A DNA stretch of 64,000 bases from Octopus sinensis (Eukaryota): NCBI RefSeq assembly GCF_006345805.1, contig NC_043021.1, positions 23,932,001 to 23,996,000 of the forward strand, read 5' to 3'. The notes under the pieces were generated by a model, which saw only the letters and a list, made by a program, of their open reading frames with translations, was not told where the DNA came from and searched no databases. Shown piece after piece: positions 39,030 to 52,700 of the stretch (its first letter is position 1; every line of letters begins with the position of its first letter). Both the position numbers and the translations under genes were made by a program.

Positions 39030-39510
39030 GGATTTGCAGAAATACTAACCATTTTGAACAGCATTGTTGCAATCAGTGGTTGACGTATGAAAATGCATGA
39101 AGAGTTTGAGAGGAATACACAGGATGTTAAGGATAACACTGCACTGTGGGCATGGTTTGAGCGAGGTGACTTGCAGCGTACCACCGGAAGCCTGATCATT
39201 GCTGCACAAGACCAAGCTCTCGCTACCAATTCAATGAAGTATAACCTCTATAAAATTTCTGGCACCCAGAAACGCAGACTCTGTGGAAATAGTGTGGAAA
39301 ATATGAACCACTTGGTAAGTGGATGTGAGAGCCTTCCACAAAAAGAATACAAGCGCCGCCACGATAAAATGTAGGTGTATCTTCATTGGCTCTTATGCCA
39401 TAAATATCAGTATGAAGTAATAGAGAACTGGTATGAGCATGTACCAAGTAAAGTTATGCAGGAGGTGGAAAAGTAACGATACTCAGGGACTATGATTTTC
39501 AGACGGATCG
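39030..39510 (+). mobile_element. R4/Dong C-terminal fragment (zinc knuckle region)
   Basis: WAWFERGDL...IAAQDQALAT...RLCGNSVENMNHLVSGC...YKRRHD. Confidence 0.8.
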
Positions 39511-40680
39511 TGTAATCGTAAAAATAGATGAACTGCAGCTAAGCAACTTTTTCCGGCGTACTAATGATTTTGCCGGCTCGCTTGCCTTATTAATAACAAC
39601 AATAACAATAATGATTTCTTTTACTTGCGACAGCGGAATGAGATGAGTGTACTACTTCCATGAAAAGTGAATTATCAGGCGAAATTCCATTATCTGGAGA
39701 GCTACGTGATGTTTGGAAAAAATGCGGGGATACGACGGTTAAGGAACATTTGATTAAAGGTCTTCTCTATCAAGACTGACTTGTGGTTAAGCAACAATGA
39801 AACAGCAACAGTGAGCCTCTATGTGATCAATCGCCCCGCTAGAAATACCAACCAAATCTCCATCGTACTATCGTAAGAGAAGGGAAGCAACATATAGAAT
39901 ATTGTTTTAGATATCCTCAAAAGTTAGGATTGTCACGGCTGGAAAGCTTTTTTCTAATATGTACGTTCGATTAGAGATAGAATGCAGCTAAACAATAACA
40001 ATCACAAGACCACCACCACCACCACCACGAAATCAACAAGAGCAACAGCAATAACAACAACAAACCATCAAAATAACAATAAATACAATAACAACAACAA
40101 AACAAACAGCAGAAACAACAATAAAAATAACAACGACTTCAATACTGGTCCTCCGTCAGTCACAACGACACGAATTCCAGTTGATGCGATCAACCGGACA
40201 TCCTGCTCATGAGATTAACATGGAAGTGGCTGAATACTCCACAGGCACGTATACTCTTAACGTTGCTCTCAGGTAGATTCAGCGTGACAGAGAATGTGAC
40301 AAAGCTGGTCCTTTGAACAACAGTCACTAACCATGTTTGCCAGCTGAGTGGACTGAAGTAACGTGAAATAAAGTGTCTTGCGCAAGGACACAACGCGCCG
40401 CAGGGAATCAAACTTACGACCCAACGATCGGGAGCAGATTACCCTAACCCCTAAGCCACGCGCCTTCACGGTTTCAATAACCACAACAACAAACACAACA
40501 CCACTTCCAACACTACCAACACTACCACCACTAACAACAGCAGCATCAGCAGCAAAAGCAACAACATCAACAATAAAAAAACAATACAATACAAAGTCAA
40601 TAACAATAACAATGACATCTACAACAACAACGTGCTTGGCCACATATTTACTAAGAGCTTTGTGTTTCTCTATTTCATAG

Positions 40681-40829
40681 AAAATCAACAACAAGCCGCT
40701 GAATGCTATTCTCTTCTTTGGAAGATGGACTGCAAATTCTACGAATGCTTGAATGAGAGATTAACTTGCCCTCAGACACTATTAGCGAAGGGTCAGCGGC
40801 AGGTTTATTGTAAAGCACCAGGTGAAAAG
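40681..40829 (+). CDS. Stanniocalcin-like gene B, exon 2 (NQQQAAECYSLLWKMDCKFYECLNERLTCPQTLLAKGQRQVYCKAPGEK)
   Basis: Acceptor ttctctatttcatag|AA (phase 1), donor AAG|gtgaaa (phase 0); five Cys. Confidence 0.85.
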
Positions 40830-41052
40830 GTGAAATGATTTTTATGGGTTTTTTTTTATGGTGTGGCAATTTAAAGTTCTGATTGAATGAGCGAGGAAAT
40901 AGAAATGCAGAATGAGTAAAACAAGGAAAGAAAGCATGCAGGCAAAAGCGAAAGAAATCAAGACAGAAAGAATGAAAGAACGAAAGCAAGAGAGAAAGAA
41001 AAAATAGATAGAACAAAGATAGAAAAGCTGACAGACAGACAGACAGACAGAC

Positions 41053-41132
<80 letters not shown>

Positions 41133-41229
41133 TTTTATTATGACCACACAGGGCTAAACACAGAAAATAGACGAAATACAATGTAGAGATTTTCTTTGCG
41201 AGGTGGGATGAGTGGGACACACAAAGAAA

Positions 41230-44200
41230 AAGTTCGATCCATAGCGATCGTTGGGGTGTGCGGTGTACAAAAAAAAGAGAAAGAAATATATAAAGTTCCC
41301 CACCAAAAAGTGGGAATCGATATTGTTCACAGTTTAGGTGTAGCCTTGGAGAGAAAAACCTACAAAAAAGACCAAGGTCACCTTAGGCAAATCAAAATGT
41401 ACATGAGAGTAAGTACCATTCTTGTTTATCTCAATTTTGTTATAGATTTATGCTTAAAATGGTGTCGTCTTTCATACTGACCATTCTTGCCACGTTTACC
41501 CATTTTTTATTGAAACTTTCATTCGACAACACTTTCCTCTCTATTCTCATCCTCATTTTCAAGTGGTACTTGAAAAAGTTGACGAGAGACTGACCAGAGA
41601 GGAAAGTGTTTGTTTGTAAGCCTTTAAAATGCGTCCACCACAGGCATTCTTTCGCCATAGCAATCAGTGTTACGAAAACTGTTTTTCCTTCCCGTTTAAA
41701 GGAAGGTGGCGGAACAATATTCACGATAGACTCGGCTGATAAGGTGTTCGACGAAGGTCCACAGCTCTGAAATATCTGGTAACTGCACGAGCGCGTGCAG
41801 AACGGTTTCGTCGTTCTGACCGCATCTCGGGCAGGTCGGTCCGGTGGTGGTTTTCGAACCGTGTCTGTAGATCTTCTATCGAACTGGCAGTGCGTCCCGA
41901 TAGCATTGCTAAGCCAAGAATCTCTGGAAGTTATCCATAGGCCCCGGCCCGAACGTCGTCCTGAACAGGCGGGTTAGGAATTTCTCGTCGACACCCAGGT
42001 TTTCCCCGAGAGTGTCGTCGGACCTCCCCACCACTAGTCCTCTATAGAACGCATTGGTCGATTGGAAGTTGCACAAGTTTGATCCCGGACGGCAGAGCTA
42101 CTGTAGAGCTCGGCGACACTCTCGGTGCCAATCGCCCAGTTTCGGTCTCTTTTTAATCCCTGTTTGCAGTTCAGTCAGTGAAACGAGCTGCGGGAAAGTG
42201 CGCCTCACGAACGGTGCCAACACCTTCATCACCGTCGTCGATGAAGTTCCAGAGATGTCGCAGTCTCAGCGCATGTCTGCGCATCATTAACCTCGGCATG
42301 CCCAGTCCTCCATTTAAAGGATGTTGACAGCAAATGGATCGCCTCACCATCGGAACGCCACCCTTCCACAGAAAGCGGAAGAGTATGCGTTCTAGTTTCG
42401 TGATGGGAGCATCGGAACAAGGCACGACGGTCAGGCAGTAATCGATGATTGATGCGATATACGCATTAGCCACCTCCACCCGACCTTTTAACGAAAGCTC
42501 TCTCCCAGCCCATGTTTGGCTGAGAGTGACAACTCTACTCGTGATCTCGTCCCAGTTTTATCCATTTGGAGGTCCTGACTGAACCAGACCCCTAGCAGTT
42601 AAACCGGTCCGTCCATCCAGCGTCCCACTACTGAGCCGCTGTTGGACGGTATGGGCTTGCTTCTCCATGTGCCGAGTAGCAAATCCACTGACTTTTCCGG
42701 TTTGCTCCCCTCACCGTTTCCTATTCTTTTAGTGACTCACCTAACATCTCGCATTTGGAAAGAGGGTTTTGAGTGTGTGGTGCTGCGCTTGTGTGATGTG
42801 TACTATCTTGATGTGTGTCGGTGGTGTAGTGCGTGGATGATTGTTAAGTTTAAAATCATCTTCACAAATGTTTGTGTCAGATGAGATGTAGTCCATTAGT
42901 TTTGTGTTTTCTGTGTTTATCGCTGATAGCATTGTGTGTGTTTTTGTAGTGTTGGTACTGGTTTGATTGTGTAAGAGGCGCTCAGGAGTTACATATCTCC
43001 CTGCTTTACTTGCATTTGCTTGTTTGGTTGTTTTTGATCTTTTCCTTTTACCCCCTGTGGCTATTTGTCATGCTGTCGAACTTTCGTTGTTAGACGAAAG
43101 GTCTAACGAATCAGAAGGGGGTAAAGGCAAAGCAGCTGCTTCTATTTATCTGTTTGTAGATATTGTTGTGATGTGTGGTGTTGGGGAATTAGGGGCAGAA
43201 TTTTCTTTTCTTCATTGATATTTGTTTTCTTGGTTGTTGTTCTTGGTGCTGGTGTTGGTTTATCTTTTGATGTTGGTGGTGGTGTTGTTTCTCTAGTTGG
43301 TTGCGATGTCAGAGGTAATTGTGATGGTGTTGTTTCTCTTCTTGGTGTTGATGGTGATGTGGTTGGGTTTTGTTTGCTGATTTGTTGCTCTTGACGTGGT
43401 TCCATTTTTTTTATATTTCTTGCATAGTTGTGGGTTTGGTGGTGTTGATAACAAAGGTTGTCTTCTATTTGTTTTGTGTTTTGATTGTAATTGTTCTCCT
43501 TGTTATTTTTTATGTGCTAAAACGCACTTTGCTATTAAGTGGTCTGGGCTGCCGCAGAGGTAGCAACGCGGTTTTTTCTCCTCCGCCACCACATACAGGC
43601 TTTGCCCATTCTCGAGTTGGATCACATTTGGCAGTTTTTCGATCGAATCTTGATCCATTTGGATCGTGATATCAATCGATTTGCCGGTCCAGTTTTCATT
43701 GTGAAAAACGGCGATTTGTATTATGTTTATTGTTTTCAAATGAAAACATATCGCCGATGTGATCCACTTTGGTTCAATTTCGGGTGGGATATTCTTTATT
43801 TTTATTTTGCTTACTCTCTGTCCCATGTAGTATGGGACGATGACAAGTTCATCGTTCTGTAGTGCTTGTATAGTGTGCTATTTTGCCTCTTCCCGCTTAT
43901 GGAAGCGAACCTGTACAGTATTAAATTGGGGACAATATTGTTTAGTTTTCATGAAGGTTGTAGCACATTTTTCTACATCTGTTTTAGTTATTTATTCAGT
44001 TAATTTGGGGATTTTCCCAATTATTTTATACACAATTGTTCTTTTTTCCACATCCTCTCTAACGTGTTGTGGTGTGTACAGTATTAGGTTCTGTCCGGAT
44101 GTTGTGAATATTGACCGGATCTCCAGTAACTCTTCATTTGTGAAATGTACAATTTCTTTTTTTTTTTTTGCTTGAGCATGTCTGCGAAATTAATGGAACT

Positions 44201-44670
44201 TTTCTTTGTACTTTTGTTGTCGTTGTGGGTGCTGGTGGTTGCCGCAGCAAAATTGGTGTCACTAGTGTTAGTTGATGGTGTAGTGGTAGTGGTAATGTGT
44301 GTATCTGCATTTCCAGGAACAGTGAATGTTGTCTCCTTAATATTATTAATATCTTCACCAGTAATAGGTGAGATATTCGATTCCTGCGAAATAGCAGGCA
44401 CATTTGTAGCGATAGTATTGATGTTGTTGTTATTCTTGTTATTCTTGTTCTCATTGTTGTTGTTGTTATTATTATTATTATTATTGTTGTTGTTAATGGT
44501 TGTTGCGCTATTGGAGGTGGTAGATGTGATAGTTCTGGTGGTGGTAGTGATGACAGGGCTGTCAACGATCGTGGAAATATTATCCATGGCATTGACAGCA
44601 ATTTCTTTTTCACAGCTTGTTTTGGAGTGGATGCATTCGAAATATTCGTCCATTTTTCCTCTTCCCTCCA
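41230..44670 (-). mobile_element. Tx1/L1-like LINE remnants: ORF1 (44670-42730) abutting the 3' half of ORF2 (42720-41230)
   Basis: ORF1 has the zinc knuckle CYLCGSPDHLIAKC. ORF2 has LLGVW, EVANAYIAS, FRFLWKG, GGLGMP. The endonuclease and most of the RT are missing. Confidence 0.8.
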
Positions 44671-45049
44671 TCATTCTCTGTCTTCTTTCTCTCTACATAC
44701 ATTATGAGTTCAAATTCTGCCGAGATCAACTTACATCTATCAGGTCATCCCATAAGTTCTGTCTGATTGTACCATTTTTAGATGTCTTGCAAACAACTCA
44801 TACATGCAAGTGCTACCAGTCAAAACCTCCGCATACCGAAAGCCAGCAAGTGTATGGGGTCATCAGGAAAGAATGCGCGCCGTTTTGGGGCCTACCTCTC
44901 GACGGCATCAATATGCATTGACCCCCCCCCCCCCACTGATATGGGGCTCCGCTTGCTAAATCAGCTGGTTATCAAATGTCTGATGGAGTTAATAAATATC
45001 TTTATGCATTTGTGTATATTTAAACTAATTAAATATTATTTTACAGAAT

Positions 45050-45680
45050 AATAGAATTAAAATTTCTTTGAATAAAACCTTTTCTAACCTGGAAGTATCC
45101 AAAGAACATTTAAGGCACAAAATGCTTTATGAGTACAAAAAAGGAAACTCTGCAACCAAAGTGACTCGAAACATTCACTCAGTTTATGGGAAAAAATGCT
45201 TGAATGAAAGAACTTGCAGAAGATGGTTTGCAAAATTCAGAAGTGGAGATTTCAGCCTTGAAGATGAAGATCGTCCAGTTGAGTTTGATGATAAGCTCCC
45301 TGAGGCATTACTTGAAGAAAATCCTGCATTATCAGTTGAAGAATTCGCAATAAAGCTTAGTTCAAATCATACAACTATTCATTGTCATATTCAACAACTT
45401 GGAAAGGTACCTAAACTTGGAAAATAGGTTCCTCATGAATTCTCCGAAAGCAACCGTAAATTCCGAGTTGACATCTGCCCTTCTCTTCATTCTCATGTGA
45501 TTGGTGACGAAAAATGGATCTTCTATCGAAGCCAGGAGTAGGTCGAAACAGACATTTCAGCTTTGAAACCAAAAGAGTTTTACATTGATGGGATTAAAAA
45601 GCTTGTAAATAGATGGAGGGAAGTCATAGATAATCAGGGAAAGTATATTGATGATTAAATTTCAATTCAATATAGTATTT
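45050..45680 (+). mobile_element. Internally deleted mariner
   Basis: EHLRHKMLYEYKKG...CRRWFAKFRSGDFSLEDE and C-terminal GIKKLVNRW. Confidence 0.8.
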
Positions 45681-45906
45681 GGTCTTGTGTTGGAAGTCAT
45701 TCTAACAATTATTAACCTTTTTATTTTTTATCTTTTGACCTCCTACCATCTTGCCCAAATCAGCCAAGCTGCCAAAGGGCTTAATCTGATTTTCTTATGC
45801 AATTTCTGAAAAGAAATTTTGTAATCTTTACTTATTGTATTCGAGGAAAAAATATTCGATGTAAATTGGATCAATAGATTCATTATAATTATTAATTATT
45901 AACATA

Positions 45907-46033
<127 letters not shown>

Positions 46034-46096
46034 AGAGACTTATAAACCAATTCCTTTTTCACTGAGAGTTTTCTAAATTTTTCTAAATTTTTTCAG

Positions 46097-46323
46097 ATAC
46101 CTCTCTGGATGGAAGCTATTGTAGAATGCTACATGACAAAACTGAGAGATATATACACACTAGTAACAGTCACCTGTAGATTTATTGACAGTGTTTTAAT
46201 AGATTTTCAAAAGGAGTGTTACCTGGAAAATGCTTTCTGCACAGTCGGCTGGGCAAACCGTGATTCACTTTTGAAGTTATTCAAGAAAGCTAAGACTAAG
46301 CCCGTGTCACATGTTTACAAAAC
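46097..46323 (+). CDS. Stanniocalcin-like gene B, exon 3 (IPLWMEAIVECYMTKL...VTCRFIDSVLIDFQKECYLENAFCTVGWANRD...VYK)
   Basis: C-x15-C-x13-CY-x5-C spacing is identical to vertebrate stanniocalcin Cys98/114/128/135; canonical cag| and |gtaagt. Confidence 0.88.
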
Positions 46324-47989
46324 GTAAGTAACACACAGTCAACATTTTTTGCCGTTTCTTTGTGGTTGTTATTGTTATTGGCGTTATGTCACTGTAGTCC
46401 AGCTGTGATCAAAGAAACACCTTTATGGCGTTCGTGTAATCGATTGGACGACATGTCCTGATATATAGTTAAATTGTTTCGGATATCTAGATAGATATTT
46501 AACTGGATGACATACAATAAAGCATCACCTTCCACATGCAGTCACCCGATGAATCGTTGTACGGCAATTTGAGCTCTTTAGTGTCCAGATTTATTCTTGT
46601 ACACTCGCAGATTCTGTACACCTGCAGATGGCCAGAACAGTGTCAGGTGAGACGAGACCAAATTTGCTGCTAAAGCATGAAAAATATTATCTTCAAACGT
46701 ACAGCATTACCTCAAAGTACAATATGATTACGGAAACTGTATTTTCTAATCACCCATGATGAACATAAGTAATTAGTTGCTGTGTAGTACTGGTGGAAGT
46801 AGATATACTCATGGTGGTAGTAGCAGTGTCGGTGGCAAGATATAGTATTGGTGATGGTGATGGTGGTGGTGGTGGAGGTGGGAGTGGTGATGGAAGTTTT
46901 GATGTTAGTGCAGGTGGCATTGATAGTAGTGGTGGTGATGGTGGTTGTAGTGTGATGGTGATGGTAGTGGTGATGGTATTGATGTGGTATTGATAGGGGT
47001 ATTGGTGTAAGAAATGTTGGCGTTGATGGGGTGGTGATGGTGGTATGTATATATATATATATCTAGTGAGAATTTTCAAAAAAATAAAAGATGAAGACGG
47101 GTGTGTAAACAACAAAGATGTATTAGTTTAACACTCGAGAAGTTAGAAAGTCTTTTGCGTTTCGAACCTGCGTTCTTCGACAGAAAAGAACGCAGAAATA
47201 AACAGGAGAGAAAATAAAAATCGTTGTGTGGCTATATAAAACACTATATAATCTTTATATATTACATAATCTGTATGTAGATAGATTAAAGATATTGTTG
47301 TAATAAAAATCACAAAAAGCACAATGTTTCCTGGCCAAAATATTAATTTATTTCGCTATATTAATCAAGCTGTTACAACCAGCAAGCTGGTATAGTAACT
47401 GCGTTCAATGCAATCGACGTCTGAATGAAAATAACACATTTAGAAAAAGTCAGGAAGATAATTAACTTCACAATAAATATATCCAGTGTCTTACAAATGC
47501 TACAATTACATAAACCACACTGGAATGGTTTATGATGTATCCGGTAGTTTATAATTAATTTCTGAGACATAGAGGAAAAGTCTTGATCCTGGTATTTACC
47601 CAGTCCCAAGAGAATCTTAAGTTTTTTAAAAGATACAACAGTTTTCCTAGTAAGTATATGGGACATGTTTTGATCTGTTAATATATTTTCCTATTTCTTT
47701 ACTACCCACAAGGGGCTAAACACAGAGGGGACAAACAAGGACAGACAAACGGATTAAGTCGATTACAGTGCGTATCTGGTACTTATTTAATCGACCCCGA
47801 AAGGATGAAAGGCTAAGTCGACCTCGGCGGAATTTGAACTCAGAACGTAGCAGCAGATGAAATACTGCTAAGTATTTCGCCCGGAAGTTCCTCGTCGAAA
47901 TAAAACTCCAGAAGAAAACGAAAACTTTCAGATAGGAACCGTCGGACTTTTGAGTGAATTGTTAGAAAGTATCACAGAAGTAGAGTTCC

Positions 47990-48799
47990 CAAAATTACTG
48001 CAGATATTAATGACTACCTCGAGAGCCCAGTCATCACAAAAACTTTTAGCTGCACGAAGCCAGATTTCACAAGAAAACAACTACTTTCGAAAACAGATGT
48101 TGCAAAGCGTTTAGACTGGAGTAAAAACCTGCGGAATTGGTCCCTAGAGCAGTAGAAGAATGTTATTTTCTCGGAAGAGTCATCCTTTACCATATTTCCG
48201 ACCACCGGCCGAGTATCCGTGTGAAGATAACGAAAGACGCATTTGACCCAGCCTGCCTTATTCCAACTACTAAAAATGGAGGATGATCTGTGTTGATCTG
48301 GGGGTATATATCTTGGATCCACCGGCCCAATAGTTTCCCTTCATGGCAGAATTAATAGTCAAGACTATTTAATCCTTTTATCTGATGAAATTCGTCCTAT
48401 GGTTTCGCAACTGTTTCCGGAGGGAAATGCAATCTTTCAGGATGATAATGCCCCAATTCACACAGCTAAAGTTGTTAATGAATGGCACCAGGAACATTCT
48501 AGTGAAGTGGAACATCTTATCTAGCCACGACAGCCCCCAGATCTCAATATTATTGAACATTTATGGTGCATTTTAGAAAATCAAGTAAGGACTCGATATC
48601 CTCCACCATCATCACTACAAGAACTGGAGACTTTTAGCTGAAAAATGGACAAAAATTTCTTTGGAAATAATTCAAACTTTGTACGAGTCCATACCTTGTA
48701 GAATTTAAGCTGTAATTACTGCCAAAGGTGTTCCTACTCCATGTTAAATTAAATTTGTTTGAAATTTTATGGTGTTTTCATTATTTTGTCCAACACCTG
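47990..48799 (+). mobile_element. Tc1 transposase fragment with right TIR
   Basis: KNVIFSEES, IFQDDNAPIH, PDLNIIEHLW; ends ...TGTCCAACACCTG|TA. Confidence 0.8.
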
Positions 48800-48832
48800 T
48801 ATATGCATATATATGTGTGTTTATGTGTATAT

Positions 48833-48899
<67 letters not shown>

Positions 48900-48959
48900 G
48901 CTTTGGTCTTTTCTCAGGCGAGAAAAATTTCTGCCAGGATGAGATGGTGAAGACACAGA

Positions 48960-49505
48960 ACTAACGTTGGCTAGGAGTGTCCCCAAAGCATGTGCCCACA
49001 CGACCTCAGACGCAACACGGAGGCCTACATCGAACGCTTGCAGGAGGTGGTGCTGCCCTGCTTGAAGACCCTATGTCTGGCAACATGAATCTACACCTTG
49101 CCACACAACCAGGAGAACCTAGTCATGGCTCTCAGGCAAATTTTCCGACCACATCACCCCTAACATCTGGCTACCTAACACCCGACTACAATCCCCTTGA
49201 TAATTATGTGTGGGGTAGATTTGCGTAATAGACCGTCAAAAGTCCTTGTCATACTAAAGATGAACCGAAAGCAAGGATTATGGCAGCATTCATCGACTTA
49301 AACAAGGACACTGTTCAGAAGAGTTGCAGGAGATTCCGAAGTCGTCTGGATGTCACGGTTGAAGCCAAGGACAATTTTATTGAATAAATTTAATCTTTAG
49401 TATTCCAAGATATTTTTAATGTAATTTTGGTAAACATATCAGCTAAAATGTGATGTCAGCGTTATTTTCATTTTTGCATAAATTAGACGGCATTTTATTC
49501 ACCGC
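48960..49505 (+). mobile_element. maT/Tc1-mariner-like 3' fragment
   Basis: Degenerate WPP.SPD.NPLDY.VWG region; its end matches ~10925-11000. Confidence 0.55.
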
Positions 49506-49648
49506 TGTGTGCGTATATATATATACATATGCGACTAGGGTGTTAGGAAATACCTATATTGCTAGAAATAAGAGCTAAACCGCTCTAAAGCTGTACGCTA
49601 CCGATATATTACTTATGTTTAACCCAATCTTTTTTGTCTTTCTTGAAG

Positions 49649-49745
49649 GTTATGGAGCAATCTTTCTACGGTCGCTTCAAACTGTTCAGCAATAATTGCG
49701 GATAATTTCAACAAATGGTTCAAGGAACAGGAAAGTGTGCTATAA
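49649..49745 (+). CDS. Stanniocalcin-like gene B, terminal exon 4 (LWSNLSTVASNCSAIIADNFNKWFKEQESVL*)
   Basis: Acceptor tttttgtctttcttgaag|G (phase 2), tenth Cys, stop TAA, and AATAAA about 37 nt downstream. Confidence 0.8.
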
Positions 49746-49855
49746 AAGAAATAACAAGGAACTGAGGTATTACGTTTCTGGAATAAAAAATAATTTCAAT
49801 GACTGCTTAATGTTTCTGATATTTGATTTAGTTACTCAACCCTGTCACCGAATAA

Positions 49856-49887
<32 letters not shown>

Positions 49888-50048
49888 ATACAGGTGTGAG
49901 TAAAAGTAGGTATAGAGTTGCTTGACCCAAGCATTCACTCGACTTATAATAATAATAATAATAATAGTAATAATAATAATAATGATAATAATAATAATAA
50001 TAGTAATAATAATAATAATAATAAATAATAATAATAATAATAATAGTA

Positions 50049-50086
<38 letters not shown>

Positions 50087-50233
50087 GTAATAATAATAAT
50101 AATAATATAATAATAATAATAAAAATAATAGTAGTAGTAATAATAATAATAATAGTAATATAATAATAATAATAATAATGATAATAATAATAATAATAAT
50201 AATAATAGTAATAATAATATAATAATAACAATA

Positions 50234-50317
<84 letters not shown>

Positions 50318-50420
50318 TAATAATAATAATAATAATAAGACGGGTAGTCAAGATGGGTATATTGGGCTTCGTATATTTTACCCCAGTGTCACTTTGATGG
50401 CATGAACTGCTCTCTCACTC

Positions 50421-50451
<31 letters not shown>

Positions 50452-50530
50452 TGGGTTAAAAAAGAGAAAAGAAAAGTACATACCATTTATATTAAGCTAC
50501 TATAAACCTACGTTTTCCGTCACTCCTATT

Positions 50531-50592
<62 letters not shown>

Positions 50593-50739
50593 TTTTTCTT
50601 ACATAGATATAAATCCTGAAATTGGGCGAAGGCTTAGTCGATTACATCGACCTTCGTACTTTATCGATCCGAAAGGATAACAATATTTTTTCTTCTATAC
50701 TTACAAAGCCTCAAATGTTGAGGTGCCGGTGGCAGAGTA

Positions 50740-51714
50740 GTAAACAATGGTATGTAAAAATGGCACAGAACCGCTATTACTTGACATAAGAAGGTCAGGC
50801 ATGTGTAGGATGAAAGATTACAAAGATAAAGCACTACATAAGAAATTGAAAACGAATGAAACTGAAAATAGGTGGATAAAGAAAGGAATGCATGGACAAT
50901 TTCATAGGGATGTTGAAGATAAGACAGACAGAGAAATAAAGATGGATGTGGATGACTAAAAGGGATTTATAACCGGAAACGGAGGCTCTAATCTGTGCTG
51001 TCCAAGAGCAAGCACTAAGAACAAACTACATAAAATACAGAGTAGACAACACAGCAGGAAGTGATAAGTGCAGAATTTGTGGACAAAATGGTGAAACCGT
51101 ATGGCATATTACCAACCAATGTACGCCACTAGCGCAGAAGAAATATAAGAGACGCCACGACAATGGACGTCAGGTTTGTCCATTGGACACTTTGCAACAA
51201 GTATGGACCTGACAGAGCAAAAAGTTGGTACGATCACAAACCTGAAGGCATTGTCGAAAATAGAAATGCAAAGATCCTATAGAATTTTATGATTTAGTGC
51301 GACTATGAGATTGCGAATAGGAAGCCGGGCATAGTCTTAATTGAGAAAGAAAACAAACTATGCTGGATCATAGATATAGCATGCCCAGCTGATAACAAGG
51401 TATACGATAAGGAAGAAAGAAAAGTTGAGAGATATGACAGGTTAGCTTGGGAAGATAAGTAGTTGTGGTCGATGAAAAAGGGATCAGTAATACCAATAAT
51501 TGTCGGAGCCCTGGGAACAGTGAGCAAAAATCTCGAAAAGTACGTGGAACAAATAGGGGATGCAATAAAGGTGGAGCACTTGCAGACGCTGCTTGGAACC
51601 GCTCGAATACTCCGGAAGGTGCTCGAAATATAAGAGGTGTTACCTTAGTTCACTGGTAGTGAACAGCTGACACTGTACTACACCTCCAGTATTAGAAGCT
51701 GCGCAAAGGCAATG

Positions 51715-51715
<1 letters not shown>
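50740..51715 (+). mobile_element. R4/Dong 3' fragment (CCHC knuckle plus restriction-like endonuclease) ending in (TAA)n
   Basis: KCRICGQNGETVWHI..QC, YKRRHD, IIDIACP.D, IPIIVGALG, LGTARILRKVL; many lesions. Confidence 0.85.
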
Positions 51716-51787
<72 letters not shown>

Positions 51788-51799
51788 CAGTAACAACAA

Positions 51800-51831
<32 letters not shown>

Positions 51832-51989
51832 ACAACAACAGCAGCAACAACAACAACAACAACAACAGCAACAACAATAATAATGATAATAATAAATACA
51901 TAACAAAAACATATGCACAGTTGATTAAATAGGATCCGCAGACAAGGAGTCGGTTACTAGAAGTTGAATGCGTCCTTACCGTTCGCGAA

Positions 51990-52700
51990 GATAACAGGGA
52001 CCAGATTAGCGAAATAGTTAAGCGGAATTGAGAGGGGCAATCGTCAACAACCGAGTGATTAGAATAGAATCGATAGCATTTAGCAAAGATTTAGCAATAG
52101 TAAGAAATAGATTAGAAGGTCTAGTTAGCAAACTAGAAGAGGCTATTAGTAAAAGTATCGCAACTGACGTATTAGCGACGCGAATGGCCCTTGACAATTT
52201 CTTTGAGGCGAAACATGAATGGTGTGTTGTCAGAAGTAAGGTCCGTGCGCTAAAACACGAAGACCTAAAACCGCCCGATGGTCCCGAACAGTAGTGGTGC
52301 GACGTGGAAACAAAACCACAATCAAATCTTTGGCGGATCAGGACGGGCTCGTGATACTTGGTTCTGAGCAGATGTGTACGGCTTTCCAGCGGTGGGGTGA
52401 TTGGTCGGTGTCGCTAGGTGTGGACGGCCTACCACAGCTCTCGGTAATCGATGCGTGATTCTGCGAAAGGTTGATTACAGCCACTGAACTTCGGGAGGCG
52501 ATGAGCGATGGCACAAGTTGCAAATCCCCCGGTTTGGATGGTCTGTCCTACGAATTCTGTGTGTTCATGCCAGATTAATTTGGCAGCATTTTAGCAGACA
52601 TCTACAGTAACTGGGAGCAGAACGGGAGAATTCCTTGTGCTGCTGCCCGGGGTTTGGTGATGCTGCTTAAAAGGACACCAACAATGGGGACGTGCTAGGG
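51990..52700 (+). mobile_element. Degenerate Tx1-like ORF2 fragment
   Basis: KSPGLDGLSYEF motif; stops. Confidence 0.55.

Noticed and set aside
47150-47190. Hammerhead-like CUGUCGA-A-GAAC...GUUC-GAAAC on the minus strand in gene B intron 3
   Set aside because: The core is altered and stems I and III are not recoverable; treated as a dead pLTR remnant.
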